Assembly: GCA_963768865.1 (NCBI GenBank)
Contig: CAVYJL010000008.1
Coordinates: forward strand, 139,580 to 203,579
Length of the DNA: 64,000 bases
DNA from: an uncultured Coriobacteriia bacterium
GTDB lineage: Bacteria > Actinomycetota > Coriobacteriia > Anaerosomatales > CAVYJL01
Direction of reading: 5' to 3'
Part shown: positions 28,013 to 38,283 of the stretch, piece after piece
Numbering within the stretch: position 1 is the first letter of the stretch
How the letters are laid out: each line of letters starts with the position of its first letter
Program-made: the position numbers and the translations under genes
The notes under the pieces: model-generated
What the model was told of the DNA's origin: nothing
What the model saw: only the letters and a program-made list of their open reading frames with translations
Database searches by the model: none

Positions 28013-28771
28013 CTACGGCTTCACCTGTTGCATCGTGTTCGCGATCACCAGAAGCTGGTCCGGGTCCTGCACCCACGACAGGAGCTCGTAGCGCACGCCC
28101 GACTCCACCCATTGAAGTATGGATGGATCCGGCTGCCGAGAGCCAGCTCCCTGCTCGGCGGGTCCCCGGGTCCTTGCGAAGCCGGGATTTCCCCTTATGG
28201 TGACCTTGCTCCACCGAGGTGCGACCTGCCCTGGCACGTACCGGCTGGGCTCGGGACCGAAATCCGAGGGGTTCGTCGGGGGCGTGAGAGTGCTGGTCGG
28301 ATACTCGGACACTAGGCTCGCGCCGTAGAGAAGCTCGCGGTCCGGATAGACCGCCGCAAAGCCGTGCTTTCGCGCGCCCCCCTTTCCGGCGACCAGCGAC
28401 CGGTCCGCGATCGCGCTCGCCTGTCCCACGACCGCCGGATCCGGGATCCAGAACGGGTGACCCGTCTTCTGAGCCGTGGACTGGGCCGCGTCCTTCAGGG
28501 TCGTGGGCGGGTGGACCAGGGATTCAGGCATGAACTCGTAGTTGACCACCGAGGGCGCCGACGCGAGTATCGAGCGTTTCTCCTCCAGCACCTTGATGGC
28601 CGCCGCCGCCGCCGCCGACACGGAGGCGGGCGGGACCGTGGACGTCTTGGACGACGGCGTCTTGGCCGAGGGCGGTGCAGGGGGTACAGGTGGCGCGACC
28701 GGCTGGCACCCTGCGAGGACTACAGCGCCCAAGCAGAGTGCGGCCAGGGTCAGCGCGGCGGGTCGGCTCAT
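28013..28771 (-). CDS. Hypothetical lipoprotein
   Basis: Lipobox LAGC after a signal peptide, then a Pro/Ser linker and a ~200-aa domain ending ..YELLSWVQDPDQLLVIANTMQQV. This loosely resembles DUF4367-type domains; the family call is weak. Confidence 0.6.
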   Translation of the reverse strand: MSRPAALTLAALCLGAVVLAGCQPVAPPVPPAPPSAKTPSSKTSTVPPASVSAAAAAAIKVLEEKRSILASAPSVVNYEFMPESLVHPPTTLKDAAQSTAQKTGHPFWIPDPAVVGQASAIADRSLVAGKGGARKHGFAAVYPDRELLYGASLVSEYPTSTLTPPTNPSDFGPEPSRYVPGQVAPRWSKVTIRGNPGFARTRGPAEQGAGSRQPDPSILQWVESGVRYELLSWVQDPDQLLVIANTMQQVKP

Positions 28772-28873
28772 CGCGACCTCCAGGGAACGCGTTTACGACG
28801 GTCGGGGTACCGAGTGTACGGCCTTTGGAGCCGCTGTGACCAGCTCCGATGCCTCGTGTGCAGGGCCCGGGAG

Positions 28874-30187
28874 CTACTTGCGCGGGTCGTTCACGACGCC
28901 CGCGAAGAGCACGCAGCCGCTGTCGTCGTCCACGATCGCGAAGACGAACGGCTGGTCCGCGGTGACCTTGATCGGTGCCGAGGGGACCTGCACCGCGCCG
29001 GCCATCATCTCCACGGAGGTTGCTGCCGCCGCCTCCGTCCCCTTCTCGTTCACGTCGATCGCGGTCGCGTGCTCGACGTCGCCTATCCAGATCTGGGGCG
29101 TGGGCCCGACCCGCATCGCCGAGAAATCCGCCCGCTTGCGGTCGAACGCCACCGGCATGCCCATCGCCGACAGGGCCTCGTTCAGGCTGCTGGAGTAGGA
29201 GGTCTTGAAGCGCGGAAGGGTGAGGTCGGCCCCGCGTGCCCGCAGAAGCGTCGACTGGTTCCGCGTGGCGGTCTGAGTCTCCAGCCAAGCCGGGACCACA
29301 GCCGCCACCTGGGCCGGCGTGCTGTCGGCCTTGGGCACGAAAACGTACATGGACGTCCGGTACGGGCGGGTGCTCGACCCTAGGTCCTTGTACGGGATCC
29401 GGGCCGCGGCGAACCGCTGGGTCTCGTAGCCGGAGAGCCCCTCGAGCCCGTGCATCATAGGGACCTCGGCGGTCGACCCGTCCGCGAGGTGGAACGGCTG
29501 GTCATGGGTGGAGCTCGGCTCGAAGGGGGTCTCCCAGTCGTTCTTGAAGTACACCGCGTTGAGCAGGAACAGGACGGCTCCCGTGTCGACCCTGCTTACG
29601 AGGTGCTGGATCTTACCCGCGGTCTGCGAAGCCACCCACGAGTTCATCAGGTCGGCGGCGCCGGGCGCTGCCAGGTCCAGACTCTGGATCTGCGCGCCGA
29701 AGCAGTCCCGGTCCGTGGCCAGGAACGGCTTGGACCACTGCACGCCGGGGTCGGCGAAAAGCGCGTTGGCGACTCGCACCGTTGCCGCCTTGGTCCCGGT
29801 AGGTATCTGTGAGAGGAACCGAGCGTACGCACGGTCGGCGCTCTCCAGGTGCGACGGCTCCTCGCCCAGCACCGCCGCCATCTGTCGCCGGGTCTCGCCG
29901 GCGGCGCCGTTGGCGGTCATGGTCAGGGCCGTGTGCACCGAGAGGGGCGAGACCACCACGTTGTCCCCGCCGCGCCGCGAAAGCTCGCCGAGCAGTCTGA
30001 ACCCGAACGAGTCGATGGCTCGACTGAGGTCTTCCGAGGACGAGGGCGGGGCGCTCGCGCGCGCTTCGGCAGGCGCCGCGGCAGGCACAATGACCGCGCT
30101 CGGAGGCAGGGGGCGGGGCACGACGGAGCACCCGTAGACGCTCGAAGTGAGAAGTGCGGCGAACAGCGCGACAAGTACTCGGGTCAT
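28874..30187 (-). CDS. Serpin (serine protease inhibitor) lipoprotein
   Basis: ATG 30187 follows AAGGGAGAG. Lipobox is SSVYGC. Serpin hallmarks are NAVYFKNDWETPF, the hinge EKGTEAAAATSVEMMAG and the C-terminal FVADQPF-like VTADQPFVFAIVD. Confidence 0.85.
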   Translation of the reverse strand: MTRVLVALFAALLTSSVYGCSVVPRPLPPSAVIVPAAAPAEARASAPPSSSEDLSRAIDSFGFRLLGELSRRGGDNVVVSPLSVHTALTMTANGAAGETRRQMAAVLGEEPSHLESADRAYARFLSQIPTGTKAATVRVANALFADPGVQWSKPFLATDRDCFGAQIQSLDLAAPGAADLMNSWVASQTAGKIQHLVSRVDTGAVLFLLNAVYFKNDWETPFEPSSTHDQPFHLADGSTAEVPMMHGLEGLSGYETQRFAAARIPYKDLGSSTRPYRTSMYVFVPKADSTPAQVAAVVPAWLETQTATRNQSTLLRARGADLTLPRFKTSYSSSLNEALSAMGMPVAFDRKRADFSAMRVGPTPQIWIGDVEHATAIDVNEKGTEAAAATSVEMMAGAVQVPSAPIKVTADQPFVFAIVDDDSGCVLFAGVVNDPRK

Positions 30188-30261
30188 CGGGGCTCTCCCT
30201 TGTCGGTTCCCCCTACACAGGTTCGACGCGCGCTTTAGAGAGATGGTTCGCGAGTGCGCCC

Positions 30262-31689
30262 CTAGTATGCTCCGCGCCCGTGGACCACGGCGCCCACCGT
30301 GCGGGCCATGATCGAGAAGTCGAGCCACGGAGACCAGTTCCAGATGTAGTTGAGATCGAGAGACACCATCTCGTCGAAGGTGAGCTCGCTGCGCCCGAGC
30401 ACCTGCCACAGCCCGGTGATGCCGGGGGTCACACGCAGACGCTTGGTGTCCCAGTCCGTGTATTCGGCGACCTCCCGAGGCAGCGGCGGTCGTGGTCCCA
30501 CCAGGCTCATGTCGCCCTTGAGCACGTTGTAGATCTGGGGGAGCTCGTCCAGGCTGAACCGCCGGATGAAGCGGCCTACCCTGGTCACGCGCGGGTCGGA
30601 CTGCATCTTGAATATGGGCCCGGTGGCCTCGTTGAGCTTGAGCAGCTCGTCCTTCTTCCTGCCGGCGCCGTTCACCATGGAGCGGAACTTGTACATCGTG
30701 AAGGGCCTACCGTCCTTGCCGATGCGCTCCTGGCCGTGAAGGATGGGGCCCGGCGTGTCCAGCACGATCGAGACCGCGACGACCGCCTGGACCGGCAGGG
30801 ACACGATCAGGATCAGCGTGCCCAGCACCAGGTCCATGGCCCGCTTCGCGAAAGCGAGACCGGGGGTGAGGGTGGTGCGCTGGAGCGTCATCACCGGCAC
30901 GCCCTCGATCTCGTCGGTCTTGGGGTCGGCCGCCGAGATCTCGAAGAACCTCGGCACGACGGAAACGTCCACGCCGCAGTCGCAGCAGCGCTCGATGATC
31001 TCGAAGATCTTGCAGAATCCGTCGGACGAGAACGCGACGAGAGCGTGGTTGACCTGTTCGTTGCGCAGGATGCGCTCGAGGTCGCGCACGTCCGTGTACA
31101 TGGGCAGGCCGAGCTTGTCTCGCTCGGGCAACGTCATGGGGTCCGGGTCCAGGAAGCCCACCGGCGTCAGGCCCAGACGCGGGTTGCGGATCATCTTGTC
31201 GGCCATGAGGACGGCCACGTGCCCGGCTCCGATGATGAGGGTGCGCTTCTCGGTGGCGCCCCGCAGGCGAGCTCGACTCTGCAGATAGCGCACGATCATC
31301 CGCTCCACCGGCAGCAGGACCAGCGCCATAGCCCAAGCCAGCACCGCGACCTGGTAGCCCAGGAGGTTGTCCTGTCCCAAAAGGCCGCTGGCCAGGATCA
31401 CGACCGTGAGCCGGAGCATCGTGGCGACACTGACGCCCGCCGCGAGCTTGGGCCACTGGTCGATGACCGAGAGATCGATCTTGCGGTCGTACAGGCCTAT
31501 GGCCCAGAAGACGAGCGGCCAGATAGCGACCGCCCAGAACGCCTGGGTGAGGTACAGCGGCAGGACCGAGGAAGCGGCCCCGCCGGCACGGTACACGAAA
31601 GCCGTGGCGATCTCGTATGCCGCCACGACCGCCAGCGTGTCCCCGACGACGAGGGCCGTGGTGACCACGGCCATCGAACGTTCGGACAT
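30262..31689 (-). CDS. Polyprenyl-phosphate hexose-1-phosphate transferase (WbaP/PssY-type priming sugar transferase)
   Basis: N-terminal TM bundle, a central Rossmann-like region and a C-terminal bacterial sugar-transferase domain (KRAMDLVLGTLILIVSLPV..; PGPILHGQERIGKDGRPFTMYKFRSM; DELPQIYNVLKGDMSLVGPRP). The start is uncertain (31689, 31728 or 31779). Confidence 0.85.
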   Translation of the reverse strand: MSERSMAVVTTALVVGDTLAVVAAYEIATAFVYRAGGAASSVLPLYLTQAFWAVAIWPLVFWAIGLYDRKIDLSVIDQWPKLAAGVSVATMLRLTVVILASGLLGQDNLLGYQVAVLAWAMALVLLPVERMIVRYLQSRARLRGATEKRTLIIGAGHVAVLMADKMIRNPRLGLTPVGFLDPDPMTLPERDKLGLPMYTDVRDLERILRNEQVNHALVAFSSDGFCKIFEIIERCCDCGVDVSVVPRFFEISAADPKTDEIEGVPVMTLQRTTLTPGLAFAKRAMDLVLGTLILIVSLPVQAVVAVSIVLDTPGPILHGQERIGKDGRPFTMYKFRSMVNGAGRKKDELLKLNEATGPIFKMQSDPRVTRVGRFIRRFSLDELPQIYNVLKGDMSLVGPRPPLPREVAEYTDWDTKRLRVTPGITGLWQVLGRSELTFDEMVSLDLNYIWNWSPWLDFSIMARTVGAVVHGRGAY

Positions 31690-31925
31690 CGCCGCCGCTC
31701 GGTCGGATTCTTTGCATCTGCGTGCCATGATGGCCCTCGGCCTTCCCTTTGCCGGCTCTCGGCCGTGCCCAGCGGGCACCTGCCTGGTCGAGATCCTTCA
31801 CGACCTATATCGAGAGATGCGGCGTGGGAGTTGAGCGCCGTCGCCGAGTGGACGCGACGGGAGGCCGCTGCAGCGCGTGGAACGGCGGCCCCATCGGGCC
31901 TTGCGAGAGGCCCTGGGCGGGCCTA

Positions 31926-31966
31926 GAATGACTGACGGTCGGTCAATGACCGACCGTCAGTCATTC
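31926..31966. promoter_or_regulatory. 41-bp perfect palindrome, probable TetR operator
   Basis: GAATGACTGACGGTCGGTCA-a-TGACCGACCGTCAGTCATTC has 20-bp arms with zero mismatches. It lies 20 nt upstream of the TetR start, in the divergent intergenic region. Confidence 0.6.
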
Positions 31967-31985
31967 AGACGGAGGCACGCCCCCA

Positions 31986-32687
31986 GTGAGTCGAGTTGTC
32001 AAAGACGCCGGCGTCCGCCGCAAGGAGCTCCTGGACACCGCGATGCGCCTGTTCATCGAGGTGGGCTACGAGCACACCTCCATCGAGATGATCACGGCCG
32101 CGGTGGGCGTGTCCAAGGGCAACTTCTACCACTACTTCGACTCCAAGCAGGACCTGCTGGCCGAGCTCGCGACGTCATGGGCCGACGAGCTCTTCGAGCA
32201 TGCCGAGGGACTCATCCGCACCTCGACGGACAGCGCCGCCGTCAGGCTGGGCCTGCTCCTGCGCACGAGCGCCGCGTGGAAGGCCGAGCGAAGCGACGCC
32301 GCCATGGCGTTCGCCCGATCGCTCTACTCGGAGGAGAACCTGCGGCTCCGCTCCAAGATCATGACGACGTGGATGGACCGCTTGAACGGCCTGCTCGCGG
32401 ACCTGATAGCCGAGGGCGCCGCCGAGGGCTCGTTCGACGTCCACGATCCGGGGTGGACCGCGGACGTGCTCACGTCGCTCTGGGTGGGTTGGGCGGACCG
32501 GCACGCGGCGGAGATGGTCGCCGCGCTCGAAGGTCCGCCCGAGCTCCTGCCGCGCATCGCGGATGGGCTCGCGGAGATCGAGACCGCGATGGAGCGCATC
32601 TTGGGAGTCACGCCCGGCAGCCTGGACTTGGGGTTCCGAGGCGCCCTGGACGCGTTCGCGGAGAACCGGCCGGCGGCGAGCGCCTAG
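31986..32687 (+). CDS. TetR/AcrR family transcriptional regulator
   Basis: N-terminal HTH (RRKELLDTAMRLFIEVGYEHTSIEMITAAVGVSKGNFYHYFDSKQDLL). GTG start follows GACGGAGG. Confidence 0.9.
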   Translation: MSRVVKDAGVRRKELLDTAMRLFIEVGYEHTSIEMITAAVGVSKGNFYHYFDSKQDLLAELATSWADELFEHAEGLIRTSTDSAAVRLGLLLRTSAAWKAERSDAAMAFARSLYSEENLRLRSKIMTTWMDRLNGLLADLIAEGAAEGSFDVHDPGWTADVLTSLWVGWADRHAAEMVAALEGPPELLPRIADGLAEIETAMERILGVTPGSLDLGFRGALDAFAENRPAASA

Positions 32688-32763
32688 AGATGGACGGTTT
32701 CGAGACAGTCAGAACGGATCGCGGCCGCACATGGGGCGGCCCAATCGACGCTAGGGGGATCGC

Positions 32764-34056
32764 GTGAAGAACCGCCGTGGCCTTATCGCCATCATCGTGC
32801 TCGTCGTGCTGGCACTCATCGTGGCAGGGGTGTGGTTCTTCGCCAGCGCCAACCAAAAGGCCACGGTAAAGACCGCCAAGGTCACAAGCGAGCCCCTCTC
32901 GGTGTCGGTGAGCGCCTCTGGCAAGGTCTCTGCCGACAAGAAGTCCGACGTCTTCCCGCCCACACAAGGCACGCTGTCCGCCGTGATCGTGCCCGACGGG
33001 TCCCTCGTGCACGCCGGGGACTCCCTCGCCACGCTGGACACCGACCCGCTCCAGATCCAGGCCGCCCAGGCCAACGCGGGCATCGCCGCGGCCAACGCCC
33101 AGTCCGCCCAGGCGCAAGACTCCATGCCTTCGTGCGCGGACGTCGCCGCCGCCAACGCCGCGGTGTCGGCCACCCAGTACCAGTACAACCTGGCCAATAG
33201 CGCCTACCAAGCGCTGCTGACCGCGTACGACTCCGCTCCCGCCACCGTGCAGCCTTCGATGGAGGCGAGCCTGTCCGCGGCCAAGCTGGCCAAGCTGCAG
33301 ACCTACGCCAGCTACAAGTCCTCGGTGGCCACCCGCGTCAAGCTGTCTCGCACCAGTGGGGCCGAAGCTTCCCAAGACGCCGCGGACGCCGCAGCGACAC
33401 AGAACGCCAAGTCGCTCGCCTACACCGAAAAGCAGCTCGAGGCCTCCGACATGAAGTCCCCGATCGACGGCTACGTGGTCTATAACGCCCTGGGCGTGCC
33501 CGCCGCCGACGGCACCACTCCCAAAGCGGGCCCCGGCGCGGCGGTGTCCCCGGCCGCGGCACCCTTCACCGTGTATGCGCTCAACCAGACCTTCTTCGCC
33601 GCCGAGGTAGACGAGACCGACATCGCCAAGGTGCGCACGGGTCAGGGCGCCGACGTGACCCTTGACGCCTTCCCGGGCTCCACGTTCACCGGGAAAGTCA
33701 CCCGCATCTCCCCGCTGGCGATCCTTACAACGTCCGGCGGCACCGCTTTCGACGTCTACATCCCGCTTGCGAGTGTGAAGTCCCCGGTGCGCATAGGCAT
33801 GCAGGGCAACACCGACATCCACATCTCCGAGATCGCCGATGCCACCACCATCCCGATCGAGGCGCTGTTCGACGAGGGCGGCAAGTCCTACGTCTACGTC
33901 GTGGGCCCGGGCAACAAGCTCGCCAAGACCGAGGTCACGGTAGGCACCGTCACCGACACCCGCGCCCAGATCAAGTCCGGGGTCAAGGCCGGAGACACGG
34001 TGGCCCTGTCGGGCACCGTCAAGCTCACCGACGGCCTCGTCATCAACCCGCAGTAG
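32764..34056 (+). CDS. Efflux adaptor (HlyD/MacA-type membrane fusion protein)
   Basis: N-terminal anchor, lipoyl-like hairpin (GTLSAVIVPDGSLVHAGDSLATLD), a long Ala/Gln coiled coil, and a beta-barrel (FTGKVTRISP..) with C-terminal GDTVALSG. Confidence 0.85.
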   Translation: MKNRRGLIAIIVLVVLALIVAGVWFFASANQKATVKTAKVTSEPLSVSVSASGKVSADKKSDVFPPTQGTLSAVIVPDGSLVHAGDSLATLDTDPLQIQAAQANAGIAAANAQSAQAQDSMPSCADVAAANAAVSATQYQYNLANSAYQALLTAYDSAPATVQPSMEASLSAAKLAKLQTYASYKSSVATRVKLSRTSGAEASQDAADAAATQNAKSLAYTEKQLEASDMKSPIDGYVVYNALGVPAADGTTPKAGPGAAVSPAAAPFTVYALNQTFFAAEVDETDIAKVRTGQGADVTLDAFPGSTFTGKVTRISPLAILTTSGGTAFDVYIPLASVKSPVRIGMQGNTDIHISEIADATTIPIEALFDEGGKSYVYVVGPGNKLAKTEVTVGTVTDTRAQIKSGVKAGDTVALSGTVKLTDGLVINPQ

Positions 34057-34074
34057 CGGGGCGGAGGTAGCGTG

Positions 34075-34878
34075 ATGAGCGACGACGCGACACCCTCGGC
34101 GGGGCAAGAAGAGTCGACGGAAGGAAACCGGACGATGCCCATCGTGCGCGTGGAGAACCTGACCAAGATCTACGGGAGCGGCCCCACCGCCGTGACCGCG
34201 CTGGACGGCACCTCCTTCTCCGTGGACACCGGCGAGTTCGTGGCCATCATGGGGCCGAGCGGCTGCGGCAAGTCCACGATGCTGCACTTGCTGGGCGGGC
34301 TCGACAGGCCCGACGACGGCAGCGTCACCATCGACGAGCACGACCTGTCCAAGCTCACGGACGCCGAGCTCACGCGCCTGCGCCGGCGCGAGATCGGGTT
34401 CGTCTTCCAGTTCTTCAACCTGATCCCCGTGCTCTCGGCCACCGAGAACGCCGCGCTGCCGCTCGTGCTGGACGGCGTGGGCCAGAAGGAAGCCGACGCG
34501 AAGGCGAGCGAGTGGCTCGTGAAGGTCGGGCTGGGCGAACGCCTGAACAACCGGCCCGACGAGCTCTCGGGCGGTCAGCAGCAGCGGGTCGCGATCGCGC
34601 GCGCGCTCGTGGCCGAGCCCAAGCTCGTACTGGCGGACGAGCCAACGGGCAACCTGGACTCCAAGTCCGCCGACGAGGTCGCCGGCCTGCTCAAGCAGGT
34701 CGCAGCGGAATGGGAGCGCGCGGTGGTCATGGTCACGCACGACCCGAGGATCGCGGCGTACGCGCACCGGCTCATCGTGATGAAGGACGGGCGCATCGTG
34801 TCGGACCAGAAGACCGAAGGAGACGGCTCCGCGGCCGCGGACGCGGCCAGGCTGCTCGTGGAGCAGACGGGGCTATAG
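34075..34878 (+). CDS. MacB/LolD-type ABC ATP-binding protein
   Basis: Walker A GPSGCGKST, Q-loop FVFQFFNL, signature LSGGQQQRVAIARAL, Walker B LVLADEPTGNLD. GTG 34072 is an alternative start. Confidence 0.9.
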   Translation: MSDDATPSAGQEESTEGNRTMPIVRVENLTKIYGSGPTAVTALDGTSFSVDTGEFVAIMGPSGCGKSTMLHLLGGLDRPDDGSVTIDEHDLSKLTDAELTRLRRREIGFVFQFFNLIPVLSATENAALPLVLDGVGQKEADAKASEWLVKVGLGERLNNRPDELSGGQQQRVAIARALVAEPKLVLADEPTGNLDSKSADEVAGLLKQVAAEWERAVVMVTHDPRIAAYAHRLIVMKDGRIVSDQKTEGDGSAAADAARLLVEQTGL

Positions 34879-34896
34879 AGGACACCGGAGCGCGGC

Positions 34897-37423
34897 ATGT
34901 TCCCCGAATTCACACTCGACGTAAGGCTCGCGGCCCGCTACCTGTGGGGGCGCAAGCTGCGCACCGTCCTGACGATCCTCGCCATCAGCCTCTCGATCAT
35001 GCTCGTGTTCGGGCTGAACGGCGTCCTCCCGGCGATGCTCAACGCGCTGCAGAACAACTTCTTGGCCGCCACGGGCCAGGTGGATATCACGGTCTCGAGC
35101 GTGAGCAACGACACGTTCGGCACCGACGTGCTGGGCCGTGTGAGCAGCACGCCGGGGGTCGCGGTCGTCACGCCTTCGCTGCAGCGTCTGGACCTCCTCG
35201 GCAAGGACGCGCCGGCGACCTCGGTCAACGTGGCGGGCGTGGACCCGACGACCTACCTGAACGTGCACACGCTGGGGATGCAGTCGGGCAGGTTCCTGAC
35301 GCCGGGCGACAGCGGCGCGATCGTCCTTCCCAGCACGCTGGCGCAGCGCGCGAACCTGAGCGTGGGCCAGCAGTTCGAGCTCCCGGGCGCGAGCGGCTCC
35401 GTGAAGTACCGGATCGTCGGGATCGCCGCGGTGCCGGGGGCCCCGGGCGCCGAGTCCGTGTACATCACCCTGCCCAACGCGCAGCAGCTCTTCTTGCAGG
35501 GCGGCAAGATCAACGTCATCGACGCCAAGGTGGCGCCCGGCGCCGACAAGACCGCCGTGGCCGACGCGGTTCAGCGGCGCCTGGGCTCCGGGTTCAAGAT
35601 CGGCGGGCTGGGATCACTCGAGCCAGCTGCTCGCGAGCCTGCAGCTCTCCGAGAACGCGATCAACCTCTTTGGCCTGTTCGCCCTGGCCATGGGCGCGTT
35701 CATCATCCTCAACACCTTCCGCACGGCCGTCTCCGAGCGCCGCCGCGACATAGGCATGCTGCGAGCGATAGGCTCGAGCCGGCGAACCATCCTGGGGATG
35801 TTCCTTGCCGAGGCCACGGTCGAGGGCGTGGCGGGAACCGCCATAGGGCTGGCCCTGGGCTACGCCTTGGCGTGGGCGGGGCTCGCGGCGCTCAACCCCA
35901 TCGTGAAGCAGTTCCTGCAGTTCAGCATCGGCGGCCCCGAGTTCCCCGTCACCACCTGGGTCGTCTCCATCGTCGTGGGCCTCGGGATGACCATCGTCGG
36001 CGGCATGTGGCCGGCGATCCAGGCCAGCCGCCTCACGCCCATCGAGGCCCTGCGCCCGCAGGCCGCCGAGGTGACCTCGGCTTCGGTCACGTGGGGCACT
36101 ATCGCGGGCATCGTGCTCGTGGGGGTCTCGGCCATCGCGCTCGTGTCGCACAACGTGCAGCTGGCCTCGGCTGGAGTGCTCGTCTTCCTGGTGGGGCTGG
36201 TCATGGTGGCGCCGGTGCTCGTGGTGCCGGCGGCGCGCGTGCTGTCGGCCGCGGCGACCCTCTTCTTCCCGACCGAGGGGTTCGTGGCCGCGCGCAACGC
36301 CGAGCGCCAGCCGTCGCGGGCGGCGGTCACCGTGTCCGTGATGATGATCGGGCTGTCCATCATCGTGGGGATCGTCGGGATCATCACCAGCGTGAACGTC
36401 GGCTTCCTGAGCTACCTCGACCGGTCGCTGGGCGCCGACTACCTGGTGGTCCCGCAGTCGATCCTGCTCTCGGGCGGCAACGCCGGCGCGGGTCCCGGGC
36501 TGCTCAACTCCGTCAAGGCGGCCCCCGGCATCCAGGACGCGACCTCGCTGCGAGCCGCGCAGTCGGTCGTGAACGACACCGCGATGCAAGTGATAGGCGT
36601 GGACCCGACGGTGTATCCCAAGGTCGGCGGCCTCGTGTTCACGCAGGGCGACGCGAACCAGGCATGGGACGCGCTCAACGCCGGCCGAGGCATCATCCTC
36701 AACGGGATCTTCGCGGCACAGCACCCTACGCAGCTAGGCGACTACATCACGCTGCAGACCGCTCAGGGCGAACGCCGCTACAAGGTGGTGGGTGTGGCCA
36801 ACGACTATCTGAACGCGAAGCTGTCCACCGGCTACATCTCCCAGGCCAACCTGGCCAAGGACTTCAACGAGAGCACGGACCTTCTCATCCTCGCCAACCG
36901 CAAGCCCGGCGCCGACCCGACCCGCACCAAGCTCGAGCTTCGCAAGATCGTCTCGGACTACCCGACGTTCACCCTCTACGACTTCGCGGACTGGCGCACG
37001 TCCCAGCTGGACATCCTTCAGTCCACCATCAGCGTCTACTACATCCTGGCGGCGATAATCGCCCTGCCAAGCCTGCTGGCGCTCATAAACACGCTGGCGA
37101 TGGCCGTGCTCGAGCGCACACGTGAGATAGGCATGATGCGGGCCGTGGGCACCACGCGCGGTCAGATGAGCACGATGATCCTCGCCGAGTCGCTGATGCT
37201 CTCCACGATGGGCACGATCCTGGGCCTGCTCGGCGGCGTGTGGATCGCCTACGCGCTCGTGGGCGCGCTGTCCACGTCCGGGTTCCCGCTCACGTTCTTC
37301 TTCCCGTGGGAGGGGCTCGCCGCGGGCCTGGTCATAGGCATCCTGGTGGGCGTGCTCGCCGCCCTGCTTCCCGCGCGCACCGCGGCCCGGCTCAAGATCG
37401 TGGACGCCCTGAGCTACGAGTAG
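34897..37423 (+). CDS. FtsX/MacB-type ABC permease with two FtsX domains (~840 aa); one frameshift near 35610-35616
   Basis: ORF 34897.. (LAARYLWGRKLRTVLTILAISLSIMLV..) and ORF 35690..37423 join as ..FKIGGL|DHSSQLLASLQLSENAINLFGLFALAMGAF.. after removing one G in CTGGGATC. It has two RRRDIGMLRAIG / REIGMMRAVG FtsX cores. Confidence 0.8.
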
Positions 37424-37441
37424 GCCCAGGGACGCACGGCA

Positions 37442-37942
37442 CTAGGACCTGCGCCGAGGGCGGAGCCGCGGTTCCCGCTCGCGCCGGTGCAGCGACCTGA
37501 GGTGCGTCACGATCCGCTGGGGGTCGCCGGGCCGCTCGCCCGCCGCCAAGGCGTTCACCGCCCCGATGGCCTCCTTGAGCGCACCGACTGCCACGACGTC
37601 GTCGGGGCAGTCCAGCGTCACGCGGAACACCCCTGCTCCGTCGCGCTCGAAGTCCCACGACGTGTCCCCGCGAAGACGCCCGCGAATGCCGGCGCGACGG
37701 ATGAGATCGAGGGCAACGTGCTCGGCGAGATGCGCGATCTCGGTGTCGGGGAGCTCGGTGGCGAACGGGACGTCCCCAGGGTTGTCGCACGAGTGCGCGG
37801 TCAGGCCGGGAAGCCAGTCCAGCGCCCCGCGCGCGAGTCCCGGATATGCCGAGGTCCGCATCGGCCCGCTCACGCGGACGAGCGCCTGGAGACGATCCGA
37901 GAAGACCGTCACCGAGGCCACGGTGAGCGGCGCCCCGGTCAT
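37442..37942 (-). CDS. Hypothetical protein (166 aa)
   Basis: ATG 37942 (MTGAPLTVASVTVFSDRL..). The central ..TEIAHLAEHVALDLIRRAG.. is reminiscent of cyanophycin-synthetase N-domain-like folds. No clear RBS; the start is uncertain. Confidence 0.45.
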   Translation of the reverse strand: MTGAPLTVASVTVFSDRLQALVRVSGPMRTSAYPGLARGALDWLPGLTAHSCDNPGDVPFATELPDTEIAHLAEHVALDLIRRAGIRGRLRGDTSWDFERDGAGVFRVTLDCPDDVVAVGALKEAIGAVNALAAGERPGDPQRIVTHLRSLHRREREPRLRPRRRS

Positions 37943-37970
37943 GCCCGGGCGAGGGACTCGCGTCCCGAGG

Positions 37971-38279
37971 TCAGCGCTTGAGAGGCTGGCATCCGGGCGG
38001 GCACCACGGCTCGGCGAGACGCTTGGCGGTGGAGCGGCCCACGAGGTAGGCCACCGACATGCCCACCACGACGGCTCCGATCGCGACACCGATGAGCACG
38101 GTCCGGTTGGACTTGAGCTGCTCGTCCACCGTAGCCTTGATGCCCTCCGTCGCGGCAGTGCGCACCGCCTCGGCGTGGCGCTTGATGTCCTCGACCGTGA
38201 CGGCCTCGGAGCCGAGGGTCTCGTTGGGCCCGCCGGGCAGCACTGCCGGGTCGCCGGGCTTGGGGGTCGACGGCGTCAT
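37971..38279 (-). CDS. Small tail-anchored membrane protein (102 aa)
   Basis: Amphipathic N-terminal helices and one C-terminal TM helix (VLIGVAIGAVVVGMSVAYLV). The ATG lies 4 nt after the upstream gene's stop. Confidence 0.55.
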   Translation of the reverse strand: MTPSTPKPGDPAVLPGGPNETLGSEAVTVEDIKRHAEAVRTAATEGIKATVDEQLKSNRTVLIGVAIGAVVVGMSVAYLVGRSTAKRLAEPWCPPGCQPLKR

Positions 38280-38283
38280 GAGC

